Positions 11,001 to 22,028 of a DNA stretch of 64,000 nt are shown here, piece after piece. The DNA comes from Myxococcales bacterium (GTDB taxonomy: Bacteria; Myxococcota_A; Polyangia; Polyangiales; DASUME01): positions 3,584,001-3,648,000 of the forward strand of contig JASGJH010000001.1 of NCBI GenBank assembly GCA_047601445.1, given 5' to 3'. Below the pieces are notes generated by a model. That model saw only the letters and a program-made list of their open reading frames with translations, did not search any database and was not told the origin of the DNA. Within the stretch, counting starts at the first letter, position 1; each line of letters opens with the position of its first letter. The translations under genes were made by a program, and so were the position numbers.

Positions 11001-11845
11001 AACGTTTTCGCGCGCGCTTCGCGACCCCTATCGAGCGCTATGAGGACCCGGCACGCGCCGCGCAGCTCAAGGCGCTCGTCGCCCCCTTCTTCCTGCGGCG
11101 CACCAAGCGCGAGGTCGAGACCGAGCTGCCCCTCCGCACGGAGGTGGTGTGCAGCGTGGAGCTCTCTCCACCCGAGCGCGAGCTCTATGAAGCCGCGGTC
11201 CACGAGGCGCGCCGCGCGCTCGGCCACCGGAGCCGCCACGACGCTCGACGCACGGTGCAGATCCTCGCCGAGCTCACCCGCCTGCGACAACTCGCATGTC
11301 ATCCGCGCCTCGTGCTCGACGTGCCCGACACCAGCTCGGCCAAGCTCGAGCGTCTGCTCGCAGTGCTCGACGACATCCTCCCCCGGGGCCACCGCGCACT
11401 CCTGTTCAGTCAGTTCACGCGCCACCTGGGCCTCGTGCGCGAGGCGCTCGAGCGCCGCGGTGTGCCCTATCTCTACCTCGACGGCTCCACGCCGGGCGCC
11501 GCGCGCAGCGCGCTCGTGGAGCGCTTCCAGGCCGGCGAGACATCCCTCTTCTTGATCTCCCTCAAGGCGGGCGGCACGGGCCTCAACCTCACCGAGGCCG
11601 ACTACGTCATCCACCTCGATCCATGGTGGAACCCCGCGGCGGAAGACCAGGCCAGCGATCGCGCCCATCGCCTCGGACAACAGCGTCCGGTGACCGTGGT
11701 GAAGCTAGTCACGCAAGACACGATCGAGGAAAAGGTCCTCGCGCTCCACGCCCACAAGCGCAAGCTCGCGGAGGCGGTGCTCCTGGGCGAGGGCCCGGTC
11801 GAACAGCTCGATCAAGACACGCTGGAAGCCCTGTTGCTCGAGTGA
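8051..11845 (+). CDS. SNF2-family helicase/ATPase with SWIM-like Zn finger
   Basis: LADEMGLGKT, IIDEAQ, LSGTPIEN, LKAGGTGLNL, DPWWNPA, QASDRAHRLGQ; upstream CTHC-x4-CIH. Confidence 0.93.
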   Translation: MSEQLALTELANQLLRHAEPSLLDARLDVLGERLEDQEVASLLRASFEAGEADSLRDLLAEERFAAWIDRTLTSSEEQRLEQELTRLLGGAGTAGVDDPERLVRIPSVPDGYAELQAWAEEYDVVEALRRPARELWPAQRTQDEHLTLMEAALGEYEPHTPAKASDLNPQADLRSLARAHLRRLALSRGALGARTSLWRRREAGHPALRVLCERLRALVIKTSLSELHLQRFVPAHPVQLELPTGVAHARLTAADAREAHEHGSGLAAHPKVAVNLFLSGYEQRAIEGECTHCAGSRCIHVVSVAARLLDACLDVEDRLHGRLCEWVEVPSWKRVLHELTEPERVREARGEHIVFQLRSTPRGVLVGSFLMKAPSDGRASAGKLCTPQQLLRHGACSDLDRPVLEAMVPHARAMNPSFVPADMALLRVLCEHPAIQREGQAATVRVVEGILSVELLEQAGGLLPRVSLHGEPIAPGAEHAASYVVCEPAEQNQLIFAPLTQPLRKLLRALSHFRGVFPEESFPVLAPWLSSLRGAAEVQAPKSLAGHERPTPRRLLLRFTPGADEGLVLALSFRPLPLGAVYPPGRGPALVHGLEDGKPIHARRDLAWEAQEANRVLQALELSQQIRVDAFSYAIETTQDALGVLARAARLGEAVSIEWAERARPWSFAGTAHKADLKVEIFKKGQWFSLQGGLRHGDTLIAVSTLLEAARRGERFVEVEGHSFLELEQALFERLENAQLCLMELSPKDLKLAPAALPYWLQELGDQSRGGDAASNAWLERMASARDRHDTTHAASSSSATALPELGITLRPYQERGVRWMLSQAEWAHGVCLADEMGLGKTLQAGSVLAARADLGPALVVAPTSLLDNWRVELTRCSSRLKPLVYRGSERGGLLAALGPGDVVLVSYETLLRDVRAFDSLHFATQIIDEAQVIKNARTQRAQAVAEVQADFRIALSGTPIENRLGDLWSLLDLLAPGLLGPWQRFRARFATPIERYEDPARAAQLKALVAPFFLRRTKREVETELPLRTEVVCSVELSPPERELYEAAVHEARRALGHRSRHDARRTVQILAELTRLRQLACHPRLVLDVPDTSSAKLERLLAVLDDILPRGHRALLFSQFTRHLGLVREALERRGVPYLYLDGSTPGAARSALVERFQAGETSLFLISLKAGGTGLNLTEADYVIHLDPWWNPAAEDQASDRAHRLGQQRPVTVVKLVTQDTIEEKVLALHAHKRKLAEAVLLGEGPVEQLDQDTLEALLLE

Positions 11846-11878
11846 ACTGCACGCGGCCGCTCGAAGCACTGCGCTCGC

Positions 11879-12244
11879 TCAGTCATCCGAGTCGCTCGGC
11901 ACTCCGGGCAACGCCTGGTAGGAACTACCCTGGATGATACCGCCGCGCTCCACTTCGAGTGAGTCGTAGGTGGCATGGCCCTCGACGTGACCCGAGCTCA
12001 ACACCCGCAGGTGCCCCCGGGCCCGCACGATGCCATCCACGCGCCCGCGTACCGAGAGCTCGTTCGCGATCACTTCACCGAGCACGCGACCCTGCGGGCC
12101 GATCGCAATCGTCCCTTCAGTCACCACGTTGCCCACCACGGCGCCTTCGATAACCGCCTCGCCTCGCACCCGCAGCTCGCCCTCGAGGGCACAGCCCTCC
12201 GCCAGAATCGTGGTTCCGCGCGCGCGCGCAGCCTTCTCAGCCAT
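11879..12244 (-). CDS. Bactofilin (polymer-forming cytoskeletal protein)
   Basis: TILAEGCALEGELRVRGEAVIEGAVVGNV...GRVDGIVRA...VEGHATYDSLEVERGGIIQG beta-helix pattern; GGAGG upstream of ATG. Confidence 0.9.
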   Translation of the reverse strand: MAEKAARARGTTILAEGCALEGELRVRGEAVIEGAVVGNVVTEGTIAIGPQGRVLGEVIANELSVRGRVDGIVRARGHLRVLSSGHVEGHATYDSLEVERGGIIQGSSYQALPGVPSDSDD

Positions 12245-12419
12245 GATCCCTCCGAGCCATGCCTTCGATGGTAAGCCAGCTCGAGCGTCAAATGGGAGCG
12301 CGGGAAACAAACGGCGTCCAAAGCGGTCGCAGCCGCGAGTCCAGGTGCAGACCATGGGTGTGCTTCTCCCACACCCCCGCAAGCAACCTTTCTCCCAGTT
12401 CCACGTAAGACTGGAATGC

Positions 12420-13177
12420 TCACGACTTCAGCCGGTACCCCGTCTTGAAGATCCACACGATGCCGGCCAAGCACAGCAGCATGAATCCGAAGGTCATCCC
12501 CAGGCTCAACGCAATGTCGACGTCGGAGATCCCGTAGAAGCTCCAGCGAAACCCGTTGATCAAATAGACCACCGGGTTGAACAGGGTGACCTTCTGCCAG
12601 AACGGCGGCAGCATCTTGATGGAGTAGAAGCTGCCACCCAAGAACGTCATCGGCGTGATGATCATGATGGGGATGATCTGTAGCTTCTCGAAGCCTGTGG
12701 CCCACAACCCCAGGATGAAGCCGAACAAGCAGAAGGTGACCGAGGTGAGCACCAGGAAGGTCACCATCCACACGGGGTGCAAGATCTGAAACGGCACGAA
12801 CAGGCGCGCGGTGGCCAGGATGATGCTACCGATAATCATCGACTTGGTGGCCGCGGCCCCCACGTAGCCAATCACGATTTCCGCGGGCGACACGGGCGCC
12901 GACAGGAGCTCGAAGATGGTACCCGCCCAGCGCGGCATGTAGATGCCGAAGGAGGCGTTGGAGATGCTCTCGTTGAGCACGGAGAGCATCATCAAGCCTG
13001 GCACGATGAACGCTGCGTAGTGCACGCCGTCGATCTCGCTCATGCGCGAGCCGATGGCAGAGCCGAACACCACGAAGTACAGCGACGTGGAGATCACCGG
13101 GGAGAGGATGCTCTGCACGAGCGTGCGCCAGGTGCGGTTGAGCTCGAAGCGATAGATGGCGCGGATGGCGTGCGTGT

Positions 13178-13181
<4 letters not shown>
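12420..13181 (-). CDS. ABC-2 transporter permease (YadH-like)
   Basis: [44 protein letters not shown]. Confidence 0.92.
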
Positions 13182-14104
<923 letters not shown>

Positions 14105-14227
14105 GTTGCGGCTAGTTTAGGCGAAGCCGTGTCTCGCGCGACCCCAACCAGATGAGCCCGAAAGGGCACGCGCCTCATTTTGGCAAGCACACTTGAAGTG
14201 CGGATCCTGCATGGCAAAGTTTCTTCG

Positions 14228-15104
14228 GTGCTGCCAACCACGTCGACAGACAATGCGGCTCGCATTCTGCTCGCGGAGGACGACCCGAGCACGAGTGAGC
14301 TATTGCAGACGTTCTTGGAGAGCAACGGCTACGAAGTCGCCACCGCGGATACAGGTCGCCGTGCGCTCGACGAACTGGAGCATCGCCCCTTCGATCTGGT
14401 GCTGAGCGATTCTCGCCATGCCCGGGGGAGACGGCTTCGATCTGGTCACCAAGGTGCGCCAGATGGGCCTGGTGGATCTACCCGTGATCCTCATGTCGGC
14501 GAACTATGAAAGCGCGTTACGGGTCCAGGGGCTCAATTTGGGCGCCGACGATTTCGTGCTCAAACCGCTCGACCTGGATGAGCTGCTGGCCCGCGTCCAG
14601 TCTCATCTGCGGCGCAGCGACCGCCAAACCCAACTCGTTCGCGATACGGTGCTGGATCCGCTCACCCAGGTGCTCAACCGCCGTGGTATCGCGGAGCAGT
14701 TCGAGGCCCAGCGCATGACAGACCCTGGCCGCAGTGTGGCAGCCCTGGTGATCGACCTGGACGGCTTCAAGGGTATCAACGACCGGCACGGGCACGCCAC
14801 GGGCGACGCCGCTCTGTGCGCCGTCAGCAGAGCCCTCGAGAACACCGTTCGCGCGACCGACTTCGTGGGGCGCCTGGGCGGCGACGAGTTCGTGGTGTTG
14901 ATGCTCGACACGGACCGAGAGAGCGCCGAGCACCTGGCCCAACGCGTGCGTCAACTCTCTCCCGTGGCCTTCCGTTCCACCGCGGACGGAGAGCTGCAGG
15001 TGCGCTTCTCGGTGGGCCTCGCCACCGGCGTGGGTGACGACCTCGAGGGGCTCCTCGAGAGCGCCGACGCCCAGATGTACGCCCGCAAGCGCAAGACCAA
15101 CTGA
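14228..15104 (+). CDS. Response regulator-diguanylate cyclase (REC-GGDEF); +1 frameshift at ~14410; start uncertain
   Basis: ILLAEDD...DLVLSD|LAMPGGDG restored by removing a T from GATTC (14408-14412); DLDGFKGIND, RLGGDEF, RxxD I-site (RATD). Confidence 0.9.
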
Positions 15105-15119
15105 CGGTTCTCACACCGT

Positions 15120-16928
15120 CTAGTTGAGGCGTCGGCGACGACGATCTCCGCGCCGCAAGGAGCGCAATGCCGAGAGCAGCTGGTCGGGCTCCACGGGCTT
15201 GGTCACGTGGCGCTGGAAACCGGCCATGATGGAAGCCTCGCGGTCTTTGCTGCGCGCGTGGGCGGTGAGCGCGATGGCTGGCGTGCTACCCCCGGCGGCG
15301 GGCGAGAGGGCGCGCACGCGGCGGATCAGAGAGTTGCCGTCGACACCGCTCATGCCGATGTCGGACACCAGCACGTCGGGGTGTAGCTCGCGCAGACATT
15401 CGAGCGCTTCGCTCGCGTTGCGGGCCTCGGTGACGTGGCCGTGGGCACGCTCCAGCAAGGCCTTCACGTATTCGCGCGTGTCGTTGTCATCGTCGACCAA
15501 CAGGATATGCATCCCGTCGAGGACCGGCCCCAGCGTGGCCTGTCGCGGCAGCGCGCTCTCTTGCGCATCGGCGACCTGACTGGCCTCGGCAAGCTCGAGT
15601 ACCGGCAGGCGCACCACGAACAGCGCTCCCTTGCCGAGCCCCGGACTCGACGCCGTGACGACGCCACCGTGGGCGAGCACCAGATGCTGGACGATCGAGA
15701 GTCCGAGCCCGAGGCCTCCCATCTTGCGCGTGGTGCCGCCTTCCGCCTGACGGAAGCGCTCGAACACTTGGGGCAAAAACTCGGGCGCCATGCCGATGCC
15801 GGTGTCGCTGACGCGGATGTGAATCTGCTGACCTTGACGCGCGGCGGAAACGGCGACCTGCCCGGATGGTGGCGTGAATTTCACGGCATTGGAGAGCAGG
15901 TTCCACACCACTTGCTGCAAGCGCTTGGGATCCCCGGAGACCATACACGCGATCGGCCGCCCGGGATCGCGCGCGGGCACGCTCACTTCGAGCCCCAAGC
16001 CCTTGGCGTCCGCCAACGGACGCACGCTCTCGACGGCGGCCAGCACCACCTGCGCCATGTCGGTGGGCTCGGGCTCCAGGGTGAGCTTGCCGGACACGAT
16101 GCGTCCCACGTCGAGCAGGTCTTCGATCAAGCGCGCCTGCACCTGGGCGTTGCGCGCGATGGTGTCGATGGCGCGCTCGCGCTTCTCGGGGGTCAGCATG
16201 TTGTTCCGCAATAGGTGCAACCAGCCGAGGATGGCCGTGAGCGGCGTGCGTAGCTCGTGACTGACCGCGGCCAAGAATTCGTCCTTCTGCCGGTTGGCCT
16301 CCTCGGCCTCGGCGCGCGCCGCGCGCTCGAGATGCAGCGACTCGGCGCGCTCGATCTCGGCGCGCTCGAGCCCCTGCGCCAGTTGCATGACATCCAGTTC
16401 GCGCTGCTTGCGATCGGTGATGTCGAACAGGGCGCCCCCGAGGCGGACGGGCTCGCCGTGCTCATCGAACACGACCTGACCGCGCGCCTCGATCCAGCGC
16501 ACGGGTTGGTCGGGCCGCTCGCGCGTGCGGTGCTCCAGCATGTAGCGACCGTCGCCGTGCGGGTCGAGCGCGTGGGCTACCGCCCTGCGCGCGTTCTCCA
16601 GGTCGTCCACATGCACCACGCTCAGCGCCTCGTCGAGGCTGGGGAAGAAGTCCTGCTCGGTTCCCAGCAGCTGGCAGGCGCGCTCGTCGAACAACAGCCC
16701 CCCGTCATAGGCAGGTCCGCCTTCGAAGGTGCCCGCGCCGGAGGCATCGATCATGTCCTGCAAGCGTCCCTCGCTGCGCGAGAGCTTCTCCTCCACCGGG
16801 AGGCTCGAGCCGCGCAACTGGCCCGTGGCGGTGTACTCGACGCTGGCGGCTTCGCAGTGCGGCGCGTGGTCGAGGCGTTCGCACGGATAGGGCCAGGCAC
16901 GGGGGCCTTTGCTGCGGGGCGAGCCCAT
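15120..16928 (-). CDS. PAS-domain hybrid sensor histidine kinase (PAS-HisKA-HATPase-REC); start uncertain
   Basis: VSHELRTPL, NLLSNAVKFT, DTGIG, GLGLGL, C-terminal REC LLVDDD/SDIGM/KPV. Confidence 0.92.
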   Translation of the reverse strand: MGSPRSKGPRAWPYPCERLDHAPHCEAASVEYTATGQLRGSSLPVEEKLSRSEGRLQDMIDASGAGTFEGGPAYDGGLLFDERACQLLGTEQDFFPSLDEALSVVHVDDLENARRAVAHALDPHGDGRYMLEHRTRERPDQPVRWIEARGQVVFDEHGEPVRLGGALFDITDRKQRELDVMQLAQGLERAEIERAESLHLERAARAEAEEANRQKDEFLAAVSHELRTPLTAILGWLHLLRNNMLTPEKRERAIDTIARNAQVQARLIEDLLDVGRIVSGKLTLEPEPTDMAQVVLAAVESVRPLADAKGLGLEVSVPARDPGRPIACMVSGDPKRLQQVVWNLLSNAVKFTPPSGQVAVSAARQGQQIHIRVSDTGIGMAPEFLPQVFERFRQAEGGTTRKMGGLGLGLSIVQHLVLAHGGVVTASSPGLGKGALFVVRLPVLELAEASQVADAQESALPRQATLGPVLDGMHILLVDDDNDTREYVKALLERAHGHVTEARNASEALECLRELHPDVLVSDIGMSGVDGNSLIRRVRALSPAAGGSTPAIALTAHARSKDREASIMAGFQRHVTKPVEPDQLLSALRSLRRGDRRRRRLN

Positions 16929-17035
16929 GGCACACGAGGTACACACAGGCCGCGTCCACGCCAGCGCACGCTTCCGCACGCGCTTGCTAGGCCGAGCGGG
17001 CCGTCCTATTCCCGGGGTCGAGAGGTAAGTTCGTC

Positions 17036-17818
17036 ATGACCGGTCGCGTGCGTGTGGAGAGAGAGGGGCAGCTCGGTTTCGTGGTGTTCGAGAACGTGGC
17101 GCGGCACAACGCGCTCACGCTGGCCATGTGGCGGCAGATCCCCGAGGCCGTGGCCGAGCTCGACGCGGATCCCGAGGTCCGTGTGATCCTCCTGCGCGGC
17201 GCCGGCGACGCAGCCTTCATCTCGGGGGCCGACATCTCCGAGTTCGAAGAGGCGCGCAACCCGGACAATCGCGAGCGCTACGAGCAGGAGAACGCCGCCG
17301 CCTACGCCGCCATCCACGACGCGCAAAAGCCCACCATCGCCATGATCCACGGCTTCTGCATCGGCGGGGGCCTCGCCATCGCGCTCAACACGGACCTGCG
17401 CTACGCGGCCGACGACGCCCGGCTCGGCATCCCAGCGGCGCGGCTCGGACTCGGCTACAGCCCCGCAGGCATCCGTCGACTCAGCCAGGTCGTGGGCTTT
17501 TCGCGCGCACAGGAGATCGTCTTCACCGCCAAGCGTTTCGAGGCGCGCGAAGCACTGCAGATGGGCCTGGTCAACGCGGTGTTCGAGAAAGCCGAGCTCG
17601 AACGACAGGTCACGAGTATCGCACGCACCATCGCACAGAACGCCCCGCTCACGCTGCGCGCCGTGAAGCGCAGCGTGCGCGAGCTGGAGAAGCCCGAGCG
17701 TGACTACGACGGCGCTGCGGCCGACGCAGCCGTGAAGGCGTGCTTCGAGAGCGAAGACTATCGCGAAGGCGTGCGCGCTTTTCTCGACAAGCGACCGCCC
17801 CAATTCCAGGGGCGTTGA
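17036..17818 (+). CDS. Enoyl-CoA hydratase/isomerase
   Basis: FISGADISEF, GFCIGGG, EDYREGVRAFLDKRPPQFQGR. Confidence 0.93.
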   Translation: MTGRVRVEREGQLGFVVFENVARHNALTLAMWRQIPEAVAELDADPEVRVILLRGAGDAAFISGADISEFEEARNPDNRERYEQENAAAYAAIHDAQKPTIAMIHGFCIGGGLAIALNTDLRYAADDARLGIPAARLGLGYSPAGIRRLSQVVGFSRAQEIVFTAKRFEAREALQMGLVNAVFEKAELERQVTSIARTIAQNAPLTLRAVKRSVRELEKPERDYDGAAADAAVKACFESEDYREGVRAFLDKRPPQFQGR

Positions 17819-17966
17819 GCCGGCGTCTCCAGCCACGGAGCGCAAGCGTCGAAGCGCCGCAAGCGCGCGCACAGCCCGCTGATCGAGCGGCTGCGAGCCG
17901 CCCCACAGGCCGCGCATTCAGCGCGCCAAACGCCCCGCGAGCCCCTGTATTCTGCGGGCAGTGTCG

Positions 17967-19409
17967 ATGCGTGGACTCGGAGTGCGGTGCGGCCTCGCGC
18001 TGGGCCTCTGGCTCGTGGGCGGGGGTTGCGGAACCATCGGTGTGGACCTCAAGGACCTTCCCTTCGAGGCAGACGAGGACGACGAACACGGCCGGCTGCT
18101 CGATGGGGCCGCCCGTGATGCTGCCACACTGGATGGAGATGGAGAGACGCTCGCCGACGGCGGCGGCGTGCTCAAGGAGTCGGACGCAAGCCACGAGCTC
18201 GGCTGTGACGACCTCGACCCGTCCACTTGCGACGACCTTCCAGAGGCGGGCAGCATGGACGCTACGGCGGCTGGCGCTTCCGACGGCGCGGTGACCTCGC
18301 CGGAGCCAGACGGCGGAAGCACCGGCGACGACGACGCAGGAGGAGCCGGTCCCGATGCGGCAGGACCCACGCTCTGCGAGCTGCTGGAGCTTCCTGCTGC
18401 GCCGCTCGTACACTTGCCTCTCGACGAGACGAATGGCCTGGTGGCGTTCGACGCACGCGGGGCCCACAACGGCAGCTTGCTCAACAGCACAGGTAGCTGG
18501 ACGGCGGGCCAGGTCGCGGGTGCGCTCGCATTCGATGGCAATGACGACTACGTGAGCGTCGGCAACGTGGGAGCCGCCAAGAGCATCGCGCTCTGGCTGC
18601 GCGCGGACTCCTATGGCGTAACCAGCGATCAAACGGGCTATCGCTTCCCGACTGCCACCGGCAGCCCCAAGAATCAGTGGACCAACCCCACCCTGGCCTA
18701 TGCAGACGACGGCCAGTCGAGCCAGGTGACCGGGCTGTTGACCGGTGCAGCGCAGGATTGGAGCTCCTTCGATCTCACCGTGCCGTCTGCGATCACCGGC
18801 ATCGAGGTCAAGCTCGACATGCAGAGCGCGGCCCTGAACTTGCTCGCCAACACCCAGGTCACGCTGTCGGGCGACGCCGGCGGAACCTACAGCAGCGCCT
18901 GCACCTCGGGCCAGATCCTGAGCCTGGGTGGAACCCTCTACAACTGCGGCAACGCCACCGATCTGTGGGGACGCAGCTGGAGCGCCAACGAGGTCAGCAA
19001 CGCGAAGTTCCGTGCGCGCGTCAGCTATAGCGTGGTGCTCGGGACCCTGTTCCTCGACTACCTGGCCGTGAACGTGCACTACGTCCCCTTCACCGCCGGC
19101 CGCGGTGTGCTCAACCTGAACGCGAGCACGCACGTGACCTTCTCCGCCCAGGCGCTCGACGTCAGCAGCTTCCCGGTCGGCACCCAGGTCTACGTCGACG
19201 GCGTACTCGGCAATCAGGTCGGCCCCGGCTTCCACCACGTGGTGATCAGCAGCCCCAGCGCGATCCCCATGAGCGGCGTGGAATTCGGGCGCGCCCTGAG
19301 CAGCAGCCCGTATTTCCAGGGCCGCCTCGACGAGGTGCGCATCTACGCCGAAAGCCTCACGCCGGGCCAAATCGACGCGCTCGTTCACCACCTCGAGTGC
19401 GCGCCCTGA
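17967..19409 (+). CDS. Lipoprotein with split LamG/concanavalin-like domain
   Basis: Lipobox-like VGGGC, acidic linker, HLPLDE...GALAFDGNDDYV and VYVDG...YFQGRLDEVRIY. Confidence 0.8.
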   Translation: MRGLGVRCGLALGLWLVGGGCGTIGVDLKDLPFEADEDDEHGRLLDGAARDAATLDGDGETLADGGGVLKESDASHELGCDDLDPSTCDDLPEAGSMDATAAGASDGAVTSPEPDGGSTGDDDAGGAGPDAAGPTLCELLELPAAPLVHLPLDETNGLVAFDARGAHNGSLLNSTGSWTAGQVAGALAFDGNDDYVSVGNVGAAKSIALWLRADSYGVTSDQTGYRFPTATGSPKNQWTNPTLAYADDGQSSQVTGLLTGAAQDWSSFDLTVPSAITGIEVKLDMQSAALNLLANTQVTLSGDAGGTYSSACTSGQILSLGGTLYNCGNATDLWGRSWSANEVSNAKFRARVSYSVVLGTLFLDYLAVNVHYVPFTAGRGVLNLNASTHVTFSAQALDVSSFPVGTQVYVDGVLGNQVGPGFHHVVISSPSAIPMSGVEFGRALSSSPYFQGRLDEVRIYAESLTPGQIDALVHHLECAP

Positions 19410-19415
19410 GGCGAC

Positions 19416-20357
19416 TCACGGTCGGGGCGTGGCGGATGCGGCGAGACGGATTGCCGCCACCACTTGTTCGGGCTGTTCGAACTGGAGGTAGTGACCGCTG
19501 TTCGCCACCAAGCTCAGCCGCGAGCCCGCCACCTGCCGCTGCAGGCGCTGGGCGCCCTCCCGGCGAAATGGATTTTCCTTCTGGGCCACGATGACCAGGG
19601 GCTGCTCGATCTTCCCGTAATGCGAGCTCATCTCGGGGAGCCACTCGGTCGCGCCCGTTGTCTCCACGGCGAGCGCGTGGGCAACCTTCGGGGACGACCA
19701 GATGCGCACACGGAGATCCACGAACTCCTGCGACGGCGGGTGCCCAACGAACTGGCGCTCGATGCCCTTGCGAAACATACGAGGTCCGAGGCTCCCCACC
19801 AAAGCGCGCGCGAGTCCCAGTCCCAGCCAAGGCGCGCTCAAAGCACGCATAACCATCGTGGGGGGACGCGACGGATGGTAAAGCGCCGCGTCCACCACCA
19901 CGTAGGCGTCCACGCTCGGATGTTTGCGCAAGGCGCTGGCCAAGGCAGTGCCTCCGCCGAACGAGTGGCCCACCACGATGACGTGCTGGAGGCCGAGCTG
20001 CTCGATCAGGCGGTGCGCGATCTGCGCATTGTAGTCGTAGGAGTATTCTCCCCCATCGCCGCTGAACCCGTGGCCCGGCCGATCGTAAGCGGTCACGCGA
20101 AAGTTGCGGGCGAGCGCGTCCATCAGAGGCCTGAACTCCTCCAGCGAGCCCGGGCAGCCGTGAATCAAGAGCACGTCGCGTCCCTGCCCCTCCGAGAGGA
20201 CCCGGATCGGCAGATCGCCGAGCATCACGTGGTGGCCCGAGAAACCTGCCGGGATCTCGGTGTTGGGTCGATAGCTCGCTCCGGCCACCAACAGCCCCAG
20301 CAGCAGGGCACCGACGGCCAGAACCACGCGCAACGCGGCGATCTTCGGGCGCGACAT
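19416..20357 (-). CDS. Alpha/beta-fold hydrolase, membrane-anchored
   Basis: LIHG, DRPGHGFS, GHSFGG nucleophile elbow, SGHY. Confidence 0.9.
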   Translation of the reverse strand: MSRPKIAALRVVLAVGALLLGLLVAGASYRPNTEIPAGFSGHHVMLGDLPIRVLSEGQGRDVLLIHGCPGSLEEFRPLMDALARNFRVTAYDRPGHGFSGDGGEYSYDYNAQIAHRLIEQLGLQHVIVVGHSFGGGTALASALRKHPSVDAYVVVDAALYHPSRPPTMVMRALSAPWLGLGLARALVGSLGPRMFRKGIERQFVGHPPSQEFVDLRVRIWSSPKVAHALAVETTGATEWLPEMSSHYGKIEQPLVIVAQKENPFRREGAQRLQRQVAGSRLSLVANSGHYLQFEQPEQVVAAIRLAASATPRP

Positions 20358-20464
20358 GACACAACGCTACGCCGTCGGCCCACGCTGTCCAGGCCGTTCG
20401 GCTCCACGCGGATGAAAGCTTGGTCTTGCCAGCCCCAGGGCGTTCCTCTATCAAATGCAGCTCG

Positions 20465-21073
20465 ATGGAAAGCACGGAAAACGAAGTGACGGCCGTCACA
20501 GAAAGCACCGAGAGCCAGCTCGAGCTAGGCGTTGCGCCGCAGGAGCTGGAAACTGCCCAGACACAACTCGATCCACGCGCGGAGCGCCGCCGCATCGAGG
20601 AGCAGCTGAATGCCCTCAAGCGCAGGGAGGCCGAGCTGCGGCGCGCCCTGGCGATCGCGGACCATCCCGAGCTCGCGGAGGCGGTGCGGGTACTGGAGGG
20701 CGCCTGCTACGCGGTGACACGCGTGGAGGCCAAGATGGCCCAGGGCCTCTCCAAGAGCGAAGAGAAGCGCCGCGAGACGGTGGAGAAGAAGCTCGCGCAG
20801 GCCGAGGAGAAGCGCCTCGAGCTCGATGCACAGATCGCCGAGTTCAAGGCCGAGCTTCACGCGCTGGGCGAAGAGCGCACGCAGACCTTCGAAGCGGAGC
20901 GGCGCGAAAGCCTGGTCGCGCTGATCGCGAGCCTCACGGCCCACTCGGGCGCCTTCGAGAGCGCGGGACTCGAACCCGGAGCACTCATCCCGGACATTGC
21001 TCGCTTGATGCCCGAGGTGCGCTCGCTGGCCGAGTCGCTCGTGCAGGCCCGCGACGCAGCCCGCAGCAACTAG
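20465..21073 (+). CDS. Hypothetical coiled-coil protein
   Basis: E/R/K/L-rich heptad pattern; codon usage typical of the host. Confidence 0.7.
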   Translation: MESTENEVTAVTESTESQLELGVAPQELETAQTQLDPRAERRRIEEQLNALKRREAELRRALAIADHPELAEAVRVLEGACYAVTRVEAKMAQGLSKSEEKRRETVEKKLAQAEEKRLELDAQIAEFKAELHALGEERTQTFEAERRESLVALIASLTAHSGAFESAGLEPGALIPDIARLMPEVRSLAESLVQARDAARSN

Positions 21074-21241
21074 CCGTAGCTGGTCACGGCGCGCTACTGC
21101 GGTGGCCGCGCCAGCCGTTCGGCCGCCGATCCCTCGGGCAGAGGTCCCGTCCAGAGGGGCAACAAACGCTCGAAGAATCGGACATGCTCGTTGTCCGATC
21201 CTACGCACGTGCGGCGCCCGATTCTGCCTCCCCTCCCCGGC

Positions 21242-21961
21242 TCAGCCGGGCGCCGGCAGCGCGAGTCGAACGCGGCCTCCGAAGCGCCGCGCGAGCGCCT
21301 CCGCGAGACGTTCTTGCGCATCCCTCGCGATCACTTCGCCGTGCGCCATCACCAACACGCGCGTGGGCAGGGCCACGATGCGCTCCACGCTCTGCCGCGC
21401 GAGCTCGCGATCCTTCACCAGCGAGCCCCAGGCGCGGCTCGCCGCGAGGCGCCCGTGGCAGCCCATGGCGAACAACACGATGTGCGCCATGAGGCCCCGT
21501 GGTCGCTCGATATTGAAGACGAGGTCGGTGACCACCAGTGTGCTGCTCTGGCGATGGAAGAATACGAACTCATCCATGCGCGGCGCGCCCTCCAAGCGGA
21601 TCACGTCCACCGCGGCCGCGAGCTCGGGCAGCTCGCGGTCGAGCGTGTGATCGATGCGCAGGTCGGTGCGCTTGGATGCGAGGCCAGGCGGCGCCACCAC
21701 GCGCGCACGCGGATAACGCGACATGGCGTCCGCCAAATACAAATGATGCATCAGGTTCGGAGCGATCAACAGCTCCACCTCCCCCAGCGCGGCGATGGCA
21801 CGCGCCATTCCATCGTCGATCGGAATGGGCGACACCAGGGCGAGCTTGCCGGCGGAGAGCGGCAGCACCGTCATGCGGGCCGGAAAGTGGAAGCCACCTG
21901 GCAGCTTCTGCGCGAAGTCGAACACCACGGGTTCTGGTGAGGGTTCTCGAATTTCGGACAT
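21242..21961 (-). CDS. DUF4336-family protein
   Basis: RMTVL, LVSPI, IAPNLMHHLY, DEFVFFH, TLVVTDLVFN, MAHG. Confidence 0.85.
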   Translation of the reverse strand: MSEIREPSPEPVVFDFAQKLPGGFHFPARMTVLPLSAGKLALVSPIPIDDGMARAIAALGEVELLIAPNLMHHLYLADAMSRYPRARVVAPPGLASKRTDLRIDHTLDRELPELAAAVDVIRLEGAPRMDEFVFFHRQSSTLVVTDLVFNIERPRGLMAHIVLFAMGCHGRLAASRAWGSLVKDRELARQSVERIVALPTRVLVMAHGEVIARDAQERLAEALARRFGGRVRLALPAPG

Positions 21962-21987
21962 GGCTAAGCTCCCTGCAATCGCATATA

Positions 21988-22026
21988 GTCAACCACGCTT
22001 GACCATTATCGTCAAGCCGACTTGAC
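21988..22026. promoter_or_regulatory. Two tandem palindromic operators GTCAA-N6-TTGAC, probable MarR sites
   Basis: Perfect palindromes at 21988-22003 and 22011-22026 in the 67-bp divergent intergenic region. Confidence 0.75.
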
Positions 22027-22028
22027 CA

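Noticed and set aside
14178..14225. Sigma-54 promoter upstream of the diguanylate cyclase (TTGGCAAGCACACTTGAA)
   Set aside because: Spacing is off by one and there is no GC at -12.
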